NCBI GenBank assembly: GCA_041946735.1
Contig: JBHGAY010000005.1
Span: forward strand, 32,001 to 96,000
Length of the DNA stretch: 64,000 nt
Reading direction: 5' to 3'
Source: Candidatus Eiseniibacteriota bacterium
GTDB lineage: Bacteria > Eisenbacteria > RBG-16-71-46 > CAIMUX01 > VGJL01
Shown: positions 10,024 through 18,461 of the stretch, one piece after another
Position numbering within the stretch: the stretch's first letter is position 1
Layout: the number at the start of each line of letters is the position of its first letter
Made by a program: the position numbers and the translations under genes
Notes under the pieces: model-generated
Seen by the model: the letters and a program-made list of their open reading frames with translations, nothing else
Databases searched by the model: none
What the model was told of the DNA's origin: nothing

Positions 10024-11118
10024 ATGCGGATCGCGATCATCAGTTCGTGGCCCAGGGACCCCGTGCGCGGGAGCGGGACCGGCCGCTACCTCATCGATCT
10101 GGAGGCGGCTCTCCGGCGCGCGGGCGCAACGGTCCTTGCCATCGGCGCCGATCTCGACCTGTCCGACTACGCCTCGTTCGTCGCCCGTCGAATGGAATGG
10201 AACGCCGCGCTTCCCGGCGACACGCGTGCGTGTTCGGCGGACATCCTTTTGGCGATCGACTTCGACGGCTTCGCCCTTCCGTCCGGCCGGGACGGGTTTC
10301 CTCCCAAAGTCGTCTCCCCGCAGGGACTGTTCGCGGAGATCGCTCCGACCGAGCCCGAGCCGTTCCGGTCTCTCCTTCTCGAGCAGGCGCGAGCCGAGAG
10401 GCGCAACGTGGCGGACGCCGCGCTCCTGATCGTCCCGAGCGCCTACGCGGCGGAGGCGGTGCAGCGCCACTACGAAGCGGGTGCGGAGCGGATCGAGATC
10501 ATCCCACACGGCTTCGATCTCGCGGAATGGCAGGAGCTGCTCCAGGGCGCTGATGCCCGTGCGCGGGACAAAGGCCCCACGATCCTCTCGGTCGCGCGCC
10601 TCTATCCGCGCAAGGGGATCGACACGCTTCTTCGCGCTTTCGCGGGCCTGCCGGCGCGGCATGCGGCGGCGCGGCTCCGAATCGTTGGAGACGGGATCGA
10701 GGCGCCACGGCTTCGCCGCCTCGCTGTCGATCTCGGACTCGAGGCGGGCGATCGCGTGCGCTTCGAGGGGGAGATCCCGACGCGGGCCGGTCTCGCCCAC
10801 CTGTTCCGCCAGGCCGATCTGTTCTGCCTGCCGTCGCTGCAGGAGAGCTTCGGGTTCGTGTTCCTCGAGGCGATGGCCGCGGGACTTCCCGTGGTGGCGG
10901 CCAGAGCCGGCGCTGCCGGGGAGGTGCTCGGCGAGGCGGGAACGCTGGTCGCGCCCGGTTCGGCCGAGGACCTGACGAGGGCGCTCGCGCGCCTGCTCGA
11001 CGACTCGGCGGAACGCACCCGGCTGGGCGAGCAGGGACGGCGGCGCGCGTCGCGCTTTCATTGGGAGGCCGCGGCGGCCGCCTACCTCGCCCGATTCGAG
11101 AGAGTCCTCGGCTCGTGA
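10024..11118 (+). CDS. Glycosyltransferase family 4
   Basis: 'ARLYPRKG', 'ESFGFVFLEAMAAGLPVV' GT4 motifs. Confidence 0.9.
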   Translation: MRIAIISSWPRDPVRGSGTGRYLIDLEAALRRAGATVLAIGADLDLSDYASFVARRMEWNAALPGDTRACSADILLAIDFDGFALPSGRDGFPPKVVSPQGLFAEIAPTEPEPFRSLLLEQARAERRNVADAALLIVPSAYAAEAVQRHYEAGAERIEIIPHGFDLAEWQELLQGADARARDKGPTILSVARLYPRKGIDTLLRAFAGLPARHAAARLRIVGDGIEAPRLRRLAVDLGLEAGDRVRFEGEIPTRAGLAHLFRQADLFCLPSLQESFGFVFLEAMAAGLPVVAARAGAAGEVLGEAGTLVAPGSAEDLTRALARLLDDSAERTRLGEQGRRRASRFHWEAAAAAYLARFERVLGS

Positions 11119-11143
11119 GGCGCACGCTCGATCGAGATCCCGC

Positions 11144-11173
11144 TTGACGATCCTCCCGCACTTTCCGTATTTT
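11144..11173 (+). promoter_or_regulatory. Putative sigma70 promoter for the micro-protein/ArsR/FmdB locus
   Basis: TTGACG-N18-TATTTT upstream of ATG 11211. Confidence 0.5.
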
Positions 11174-11210
11174 CCAAGAAATGCGCAACACCAAGCGCTG
11201 GAGAGGCGAG

Positions 11211-11435
11211 ATGCTGACGTTCCTTCTGTTCCTCGTGGGGTACTTCGTCCTCACCTGGCTGGTCCTACCCCGTCTCGGAGTGCCGACCTGAGGCTCGCCT
11301 CTGGCCGGCCGCTCCGGTGGAGCGGCATGCAGCACCGAGAAGACCAGCCCCAAGGAGACGGCGGACCGGCCTGCGCTGCAGGTGCCGCCGGCCTCGAGCG
11401 CCGGCGACGCTGGGACGGCCGAAGGCCGGCGCTGA
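11211..11435 (+). CDS. Putative single-TM selenoprotein micro-protein (UGA read-through at 11289-11291)
   Basis: RBS GGAGAGG; MLTFLLFLVGYFVLTWLVLPRLGVPT-UGA-GSPLAGRSGGAACSTEK...; SECIS-like hairpin at 11308-11326. Confidence 0.6.
11308..11326 (+). promoter_or_regulatory. Bacterial SECIS-like hairpin
   Basis: GCCGCTCC-GGT-GGAGCGGC, perfect 8-bp stem, loop starts 25 nt after UGA. Confidence 0.55.
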
Positions 11436-11448
11436 AGGTCCAGCGGGG

Positions 11449-11793
11449 ATGAAGGCGGCGAAGGACTTCGCGGAGGCCGCCCGCCTGCTGAAGCTGCTCG
11501 GGCATCCGGCGCGGCTCAAGGTCGTGTGCGGGCTCCTCGGAGAGCCCGCGAGCCTATCGCGCATCTCGCGCGAGATCGGCGTGCCCGTCTCGACGCTGGC
11601 GCAGCATCTCTCGGTGCTGCGACGGGAGGGGATCCTGGAGGAGGAGAGGCGCGGGGTGGAGATCTTCTTCCGCGTGGCGGACCAGCGTGTGCCGGGGATT
11701 CTTCTGGCCCTCTGCGCTGCCGGTCCGTCCGGGCGGGGGCGCAGCCCAGGCGCTTCGCTCCCACGATGGAAGTGGCGCGAGCTGCACGGGTAG
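11449..11793 (+). CDS. ArsR/SmtB family regulator, BigR/SqrR-like two-Cys pattern
   Basis: 'LGHPARLKVVCGL...STLAQHLSVLRREGIL...RRGVEIFFRV...LLALC'. Confidence 0.85.
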   Translation: MKAAKDFAEAARLLKLLGHPARLKVVCGLLGEPASLSRISREIGVPVSTLAQHLSVLRREGILEEERRGVEIFFRVADQRVPGILLALCAAGPSGRGRSPGASLPRWKWRELHG

Positions 11794-11872
11794 GGAGCGA
11801 GGAAGGTCCTCCCGAGCGCGTGACGCCATCGCGCTCTTGGCCGCCAACTGCAAACATGAGGAGTCCGAGTCG

Positions 11873-12088
11873 ATGCCGTGGTACGAGTATGTCTGCCCGA
11901 GCTGCGGCGAGCGCTTCGATCTGATGCGCTCGATCGCCGATCGCGACAAGTCCGCTGCCTGTCCTGCCTGTGGAACGGAAGCGAAGCGGGCGCTGCCCCA
12001 CGTCCAGGCGGTCATCGCCGGGGGCGGAGCCGGCGCGCCGCCCAGCTGCGGAGCGAGTGGCGGTGGCTGAGGAGTGCCGCGCAGGTAG
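11873..12088 (+). CDS. FmdB-family zinc ribbon protein, putative C-terminal selenocysteine (UGA 12068-12070; ends at 12070 if no read-through)
   Basis: RBS GAGGAG; MPWYEYVCPSCGERF...CPACG; tail SCGASGGG-UGA-GVPRR-TAG; SECIS-like hairpin at 12085-12103. Confidence 0.75.
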
Positions 12089-12103
12089 CGGCGTGACCGC
12101 TAC
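12085..12103 (+). promoter_or_regulatory. Bacterial SECIS-like hairpin
   Basis: GTAGCGG-CGTGA-CCGCTAC, 7-bp stem, loop starts 22 nt after UGA. Confidence 0.5.
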
Positions 12104-12182
12104 GAAAGAAACCTGAAAGACGACGAAGGACCACCAGGCCGCCGGTCGGCGAAGGGCACCGAGGCCGCCGATCCACGCTCCG

Positions 12183-13307
12183 TCATGGCTCCACCTCGAT
12201 GAAACCCAACGGGAGGACGTGAGAGGCGACACGATCCTCTTCCCCCAGGTCCTCGAAGCTGGTCGGCCAAGGCACCCGCACTTCCGCCTGGACCAGGTAC
12301 TTCCCGGGCGTGCGGGGGATACGGCTCGCGAGGATCACACGCTCCGTGGCGAGCGCGCCGAGCGTCAGCAACGTATCGCGCGCCGCCTCTCCCTGTCCGT
12401 CGGCCTCGAGGAACCGGAGCAGCCACTGCACGTCCGACGACCGGTCGGTCGGATTGCGGATCGACCCCTCGAGAGTCACGCGCGTGTTGTTCTTCCAGCG
12501 CGGCGCCCCGTCGAGCGCGCCGGTCGTCACCGCCACGTTGCCGTGGATCTTCGGGCGGTTGACCATGTACGGGGTCGTGCGCTTCCAGACCACCGTCTCC
12601 TGTTGCGGCGGATCGGGCATCTCGAAGGAGCCGTTCGAGACGAGGATCGGGGAGCGGTTCACGCTCGGCCCGAAGAGCACGCCGAGATAGCCTCCCGGCT
12701 CGATTCCATGGACGAGAATCTCCTTCTCGCTCGATCGCGAGGTGTCCGCGCGCGTGCCCCACTCGTTCGGGTACGGCTTGCCGGTCGACGTGTTCAGCTC
12801 GAGACGCTGGATCTCCCAGGAGCTCCCTTCCGGTCCTTCGCATCGAAAGAGGACCGGCGCCCCGTCGGGGATCTGCAGGCCGTAGGTGCGCTGGTTGTTC
12901 CCTTCGTCCCGCTCCTCGATCTTGCCCTCCGGGTCGGCGATGACGTCGAGCGCATAGGAGCCGGGAGGGAGCGGCGGGATCGGTAGCATCAGCAGCCTCT
13001 CCCGGGAGCGCCGAGGAGGCGTGACGATCGTGTCGCGCTCGGCGATCGTCTCGGTCGCGCTGCGGATTCGCCAGGCGATGGGTGCCGAAGAGGGATCGCC
13101 GTCGACGAATAGGGTCAGCGCGACCCTTGACGCCGTGTCCCGATCGAACGCCCCGCCTGCCGGGTCATACCCCTTCGACAGCGAGAAATCGGGGAGATTG
13201 CCTCCAGCGGCAAGGGCGAGTGCGGTGGCGCCGGCAGCGGCGGCCAGACCAGCCAGGACCCCAGGGACGATCCCGGACCGCAACCATCTTTTCGATCCAT
13301 GCGTCAT
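12183..13307 (-). CDS. Secreted protein with CARDB-like Ig domain
   Basis: N-terminal signal; 'PPGSYALDVIADPEGKIEERDEGNN' CARDB-like motif. Confidence 0.7.
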   Translation of the reverse strand: MTHGSKRWLRSGIVPGVLAGLAAAAGATALALAAGGNLPDFSLSKGYDPAGGAFDRDTASRVALTLFVDGDPSSAPIAWRIRSATETIAERDTIVTPPRRSRERLLMLPIPPLPPGSYALDVIADPEGKIEERDEGNNQRTYGLQIPDGAPVLFRCEGPEGSSWEIQRLELNTSTGKPYPNEWGTRADTSRSSEKEILVHGIEPGGYLGVLFGPSVNRSPILVSNGSFEMPDPPQQETVVWKRTTPYMVNRPKIHGNVAVTTGALDGAPRWKNNTRVTLEGSIRNPTDRSSDVQWLLRFLEADGQGEAARDTLLTLGALATERVILASRIPRTPGKYLVQAEVRVPWPTSFEDLGEEDRVASHVLPLGFIEVEP

Positions 13308-13701
13308 GCTGCTGCATCTCCTCTCTTGGTCGACGCCCTCCGGCTCCCGGGCTGGGGGGACGCCGATCTAACACGAGGCGCGCCCAGGCGTTCCCACGGC
13401 GGCGAGCCGGTCGCCGCGGGTGGCGTCCGCGGGCCGGCGAACTGCGCGCGAGAACGGTCGCGTGCGGAGGATCCCGCAGCCGCGCCGCTGGAGCAAGGGC
13501 GGAGGTGCGAGGACGCAGGGGCCCGCGCCGGAGAAGCAACGACGCGCCGGCGACCCCTTCCGGTTTGACTGCCGCTGCCGGTATCCTGCTCGAGGCTTGT
13601 TGGGTCGGGCTGGCGTCGCGCCGCGCCGTGTCGTGAGCCGACCCCGGCCGCCTCGATGGCGGGCCGGGCCTGGGCGGGACGAGGACGGGGAGGAGGATGG
13701 G

Positions 13702-16005
13702 ATGGAAGCGTCGCGCAGGGAGCGGATCGAGTCGATTCTTCGCCGGGCAGCGGAGGCGGGACGGAGGCAACTCCTCGAGGGAGAGGTCTACGAGATCCTC
13801 CGCGAGGCGGGCATCGACACACCACGTTTCGCGGTCGTCTCGGTCGAGGCGGGGGAGGCGGAGCGGGCGGCGGCCGCCTCGGCGCTGCTCGGCTCGCCGG
13901 CGCCCGCGGGCGTCGTCGTCAAGATCCAGAGCCCCGACATCCTGCACAAGACAGAGACCGGCGGGATCGCCTTCGCGCCGCCCGAGGCCTCGGCGATCGA
14001 TCGCGCCTGCTCCGACGTCCTCGAGCGCGTACGCGCGCGGGCCCCGCAGGCGAAGCTCGACGGGCTGCTCCTCTGTGAGAAGATCGGCTACCAGCCCAAC
14101 CTTCCCGGGACGGAGATGCTGCTCTCGCTCCGCCAGGACCCTGCTCTCGGCCCGGTCGTCGTCCTGGGACTTGGGGGCCTGCTCACCGAGTGGTACGGCA
14201 AGCTCGCTCCTTCGCGCACTACCTGGATCGTCTCCGCTCACGACCCGCTCCTCGACCGGGCGGAGCCTCCCGACTTCGCCTCCCTGGGCCCCGCGTTCGC
14301 GCTCCTCTTCCGCGCCTCGCGGCTGCACGACCGGCCTCCCGTCGACGGGACGCTCTTCTGGGGAGCCATGCGCCGTTGGGCGGACCTTGCGCGCACCTTC
14401 GGAATCGACGGGAACGTGAGCCCCTTCGTCCTCGAGGAAGTCGAGGTGAATCCCCTTGCCGCTCTTCCGGGACGGCCACCCGTCGCGCTCGACGGCATCG
14501 CGCGCTGGGGGACCGAGAAGCCGCGGGTTCGGCGCCGCCGGATCGAGAAGATCGCGAACCTCCTCGCTCCCCGCTCCGTCGCCGTGATCGGCGCTTCGGC
14601 GCGCGCGATGAACGCCGGGCGGATCATCCTCCAGAATCTCCGGACGGCTGAGGGGGTCGCCTACGGCAAGATTTGGGGAGTCCATCCGAAGGAGAAGGAG
14701 ATCGACACGATCCCCTGCGTCCCGAACGTGGCAGCCCTTCCCGAGCGGGTCGACCTCGCGGTCGTCTGCGTGCCGGCCGAAGGGGCGCGCGACGCGATCG
14801 TCGACATCGTCGCGCACGAAAAGGCGCATGCGATCATCCTGATCCCCGGCGGATTCGCGGAGACCGGGCAGAAGCAGAGGGCCGAGGAGATCGTCGAGGC
14901 TCTCGAACGGGGGCGTGAGCTCGAGGACGGGGGGCCGATCCTCGTCGGAGGCAACTGCCTCGGAATCGTCTCGAAGAGGCAGTACAACACCTTCTTCCTG
15001 CCTCAGTACAAGCTGCCGTTCCATGCTGCGCCGGGAGACAACCTCGCCGCGATCAGCCAAAGCGGCGCGTACCTCGTGACGCTGACGAGCAACTTGGACG
15101 GCCTCATCTTCCCGAAGGCGTCGATCTCCTACGGCAACCAGATGGACGTCACCGTCTCGGACCTCCTCGAGCACTATCTCGGAGACCCGGGTGTGCAGGT
15201 GCTCGCCTGCTATCTCGAGGGGTTCCAGCCGCTGGACGGCCTGCGGTTCGTCGACCTCGTTCGCAAGCACCGCGAGGCGGGGCGCACGGTGATCGCGTTC
15301 AAGGCGGGAAAGACCGCGCTCGGCGCCAAAGCGGCCGCGAGCCATACCGCCTCTCTCGCGGGCGACTACGAAGTCACGCGCTCGCTGCTCTCCCAGGCGG
15401 GGGCGGTCGTGGCGGAGACGCTGAATCAGTTCGAGGACTTCACCAAGGCGTTCACCATGCTCTACGACCGGACGCCGGCCGGACGCCGCCTCGGACTGAT
15501 CTCGAATGCCGGCTTCGAGTGCTCGACGGCGATGGACGCCCTGTATGCCCTCGATCTCGCTTCGTTCTCGGAGGAGACGCGCGCCAAGCTTGCCGCGTGC
15601 CTCCCCGACATCGCGCATGCGAACAATCCGGTCGATGCGACCCCGATGGCGACGACCAAGCAGTTCGTCCAGGCGGTGGAGGCGATCCTCGAAGATCCGG
15701 GGGTGGACGCGCTCGTCGTCTCCGCGGTTCCGGTGACCCCTGCGCTGAACGATCTGCCTCCCGATCCGGCCGGGACGCACGGCGAGAACATCTATTCGCT
15801 CAGCTCGCTGCCGCAGGAGCTGATCCGCGTCTTCCGCGCGACCTCGAAGCCGGTCGTCGTCGCGGTCGACTCGGGCCGGATCTACGACGACTGCGTCGTG
15901 CTGATGCAGCGCGCCGGGATCCCCGTCTATCGCAAGATCGACCGGGCTACCCGGGCCCTCTCCTGCTACTGTGCGGGGCGGCCGCGATCGCCGTCCGCGA
16001 GCTGA
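13702..16005 (+). CDS. ADP-forming acetate/acyl-CoA ligase, fused beta(ATP-grasp)-alpha(CoA-binding) order
   Basis: 'VVKIQSPDILHKTETGG', 'EVEVNPL', 'APRSVAVIGAS', 'GGNCLG', 'AAASHTASLAG' phospho-His; RBS AGGAGG. Confidence 0.88.
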   Translation: MEASRRERIESILRRAAEAGRRQLLEGEVYEILREAGIDTPRFAVVSVEAGEAERAAAASALLGSPAPAGVVVKIQSPDILHKTETGGIAFAPPEASAIDRACSDVLERVRARAPQAKLDGLLLCEKIGYQPNLPGTEMLLSLRQDPALGPVVVLGLGGLLTEWYGKLAPSRTTWIVSAHDPLLDRAEPPDFASLGPAFALLFRASRLHDRPPVDGTLFWGAMRRWADLARTFGIDGNVSPFVLEEVEVNPLAALPGRPPVALDGIARWGTEKPRVRRRRIEKIANLLAPRSVAVIGASARAMNAGRIILQNLRTAEGVAYGKIWGVHPKEKEIDTIPCVPNVAALPERVDLAVVCVPAEGARDAIVDIVAHEKAHAIILIPGGFAETGQKQRAEEIVEALERGRELEDGGPILVGGNCLGIVSKRQYNTFFLPQYKLPFHAAPGDNLAAISQSGAYLVTLTSNLDGLIFPKASISYGNQMDVTVSDLLEHYLGDPGVQVLACYLEGFQPLDGLRFVDLVRKHREAGRTVIAFKAGKTALGAKAAASHTASLAGDYEVTRSLLSQAGAVVAETLNQFEDFTKAFTMLYDRTPAGRRLGLISNAGFECSTAMDALYALDLASFSEETRAKLAACLPDIAHANNPVDATPMATTKQFVQAVEAILEDPGVDALVVSAVPVTPALNDLPPDPAGTHGENIYSLSSLPQELIRVFRATSKPVVVAVDSGRIYDDCVVLMQRAGIPVYRKIDRATRALSCYCAGRPRSPSAS

Positions 16006-16124
16006 GGCGCGATCGGGCCGCTGCGCCCGCGCAACGGGTCCGGGTAAGCTCTCCGGGACGGGGCGGCCGGAAGCTCAAGCGCCGGCCGCAGCCGGGGAAG
16101 ACGCGGAAGGAGGTCGGTCCCGCC

Positions 16125-18461
16125 GTGCGCTCGGTTCTTACTCTCTGGATCCTTCTCGCCGCCGCCATTGGGGCGGCGATCAGCCCGGTAGGCGCTAACG
16201 CGAGCGCGGGCACTGTCGCTAACGCGAGCGCGAGCATTGTCGCCGGCGCCTCGCGCGGGACCCGTGCACCCTCGCCGCTTCCGGATCCTGCGGAGCGGAA
16301 GGCGATCCTACGGCAGGAGGCGGAACGCAGAGCCGCCTGGCTACGGTTGGCCGCGCGCGCCGAGATCGACGAGGGGGAGGCGGAAGGAGAGCGGGCGCGA
16401 AAGCGGGCGCAGGATTCCTACGATGTCCTCTACTACCGTCTGGCGATCGACCTGCGCGACATCTCCTCGCAGTGGATCCTCGGCGACTTGACCGCGCGCC
16501 TGCGACCGGTGGGCGAGACGCGCTCGATCCTCCTCGACTTCGATGACGACATGGTCGTCGACTCCGTCTGGGTCGATGGCCAGCCCGCCGGCTGGAATCT
16601 CGAGCAGAACCGGCTGCAGGTGCAGCTCGACTTCGCGCCGACCGAGCCGTTCGAAGTCCGCGTAGCCTATCAGGGCCATCCGGTGGCGCCCGGAATCAAC
16701 GCCTTCGGCTACTCGGTCCACGGTCCCGACCGAAGCCCGCTCATCTGGACCCTTTCGGAGCCCGAAGGCGCCCGGACCTGGTGGCCGTGCAAGGACACGC
16801 CGGCCGACAAGGCGGACAGTCTCGACGTTCTCCTCCGCGTGCCTGCCGGAATGGTCGCGACGTCCAACGGACTCCTCGACGAGACGATCGACCACGGCGA
16901 CGGATCGTTCACCTATCACTGGAAGCACCGCTACCCGATCGCGACCTATCTCGTCTGCGTCACCGCGACGAACTACGAGACGATCGAGGATCGCTACGTG
17001 CCGGTCTCGGGCGACACGCTGCCGGTCGTCCATTACGTCTATCCGGAGCATCTCGAGGAGGCGCGGGAGGACTTTTCGATCACCCCCGAGGCGATCGAAG
17101 TTTTCCAGGAGAGGTTCGGCCCCTATCCGTTCGCCAGGGAGAAGTACGGGCACTCGATCTTTCCCTGGGGCGGCGGGATGGAGCATCAGACGAACACGAG
17201 CTATGGAAGCTCGTTGATCACCGGCAGCCACCTGTACGATTGGGTGCTCGTGCACGAGCTCGCCCACCAGTGGTGGGGGGACATGACGAGCCCCGCCGAC
17301 TGGCGGGACATCTGGCTGAACGAGGGATTCGCCTCCTACGGCGAGGCGATCTGGTTCGAGCACAGGAACGGGCGCGAAGGGTACCTTTCGTGCCTGCAGA
17401 ACTTGGAGCGGGTCGTCGATCCGAGCGGCCCGCTCTACGATCCCCCCGCGCTGTTCGACGACAACACCGTGTACAACAAGGGCGCCTGGGTCCTCCACAT
17501 GCTGCGGGGAGTGCTCGGCGACTCGCTCTTCTTCGCCTCGTTGCACGAATACCGGGATCGGACCGCATACCGGTCGACCACGACCGCCGAGTTCCAGTCG
17601 ATCGTCGAGGAGGTGGCCGGACAGGATCTCGACTGGTTCTTCCAGCCATGGGTCTATGGGGTCGACCGCCCGCAGTACGTGACCTCGTTCGAGACGATCG
17701 GCGACGAGGCGACGGGACGGGCGGTATCGGTCCGCATCGTGCAGACACAGAAGACCGGAACGTTCGCCATGCCGATCACGCTTCGCTTCCGGCTGTCGGA
17801 CGGCGACTCGCTCGATGCGCGCGTCTTTCAGGATCCGCAGCACGAGGAGTTCCAGATCCCGCTTCCGGAGCCGACCGACACCGTGCGGGAGCTGGTGCTC
17901 GATCCCGACTCCTGGATCCTCAAGAAGGTCCTCTCCTCGCTCAACATCACGATCGCCCAGCTTCCGGTCGGCCAGGCCGGCCTGCCGTATCACGCCCGGA
18001 TCGAGGCGTCGGGGGGAAGGCCTCCCTACGAGTGGGAGGCGACGATGCCGCTTCCCGAAGGTCTCACGCTCGATCCGGCGAACGGGCTTCTTTCGGGCAT
18101 CGCCCCGGATGCGGGCAGCTACGCGATCGAAATCCAGGTGAGCGACGCGCTCGGGGCGAGCGTGCGGCGCGGCTTCACGTGGCGCGTGATCGAGGCGCCG
18201 CAGCTTCTCGCGCTTCCGAATCCGGCCGGGAAGTCGACCGCCATCGCGGTGGCGGGATTCTTCGGCCAGCCGATCCGGCTGCGGATCTACGACACGCTCG
18301 GGCGGATCGTTCGCGATCTCTGGAACGGGACCGCGCCCGCCGAGCCGATCGTCTGGGACGGGCGGGACGATCAGGGGCGCGAGGTCGGCTCCGGGCTTTA
18401 CGTCGCTCGGCTAACGGCCGGCTCCCGGGAGGTCCACCGCCGGATCGTCTGGATCCGCTAG
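16125..18461 (+). CDS. Secreted M1 family aminopeptidase with putative Ig domain and C-terminal FlgD-Ig domain
   Basis: GTG after AAGGAGG; 'GGMEH', 'HELAHQWWG...WLNEGFASY', 'YNKG'; C-terminal 'PNP...IYDTLGRIV...WDGRDDQG...SGLY'. Confidence 0.9.
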   Translation: MRSVLTLWILLAAAIGAAISPVGANASAGTVANASASIVAGASRGTRAPSPLPDPAERKAILRQEAERRAAWLRLAARAEIDEGEAEGERARKRAQDSYDVLYYRLAIDLRDISSQWILGDLTARLRPVGETRSILLDFDDDMVVDSVWVDGQPAGWNLEQNRLQVQLDFAPTEPFEVRVAYQGHPVAPGINAFGYSVHGPDRSPLIWTLSEPEGARTWWPCKDTPADKADSLDVLLRVPAGMVATSNGLLDETIDHGDGSFTYHWKHRYPIATYLVCVTATNYETIEDRYVPVSGDTLPVVHYVYPEHLEEAREDFSITPEAIEVFQERFGPYPFAREKYGHSIFPWGGGMEHQTNTSYGSSLITGSHLYDWVLVHELAHQWWGDMTSPADWRDIWLNEGFASYGEAIWFEHRNGREGYLSCLQNLERVVDPSGPLYDPPALFDDNTVYNKGAWVLHMLRGVLGDSLFFASLHEYRDRTAYRSTTTAEFQSIVEEVAGQDLDWFFQPWVYGVDRPQYVTSFETIGDEATGRAVSVRIVQTQKTGTFAMPITLRFRLSDGDSLDARVFQDPQHEEFQIPLPEPTDTVRELVLDPDSWILKKVLSSLNITIAQLPVGQAGLPYHARIEASGGRPPYEWEATMPLPEGLTLDPANGLLSGIAPDAGSYAIEIQVSDALGASVRRGFTWRVIEAPQLLALPNPAGKSTAIAVAGFFGQPIRLRIYDTLGRIVRDLWNGTAPAEPIVWDGRDDQGREVGSGLYVARLTAGSREVHRRIVWIR

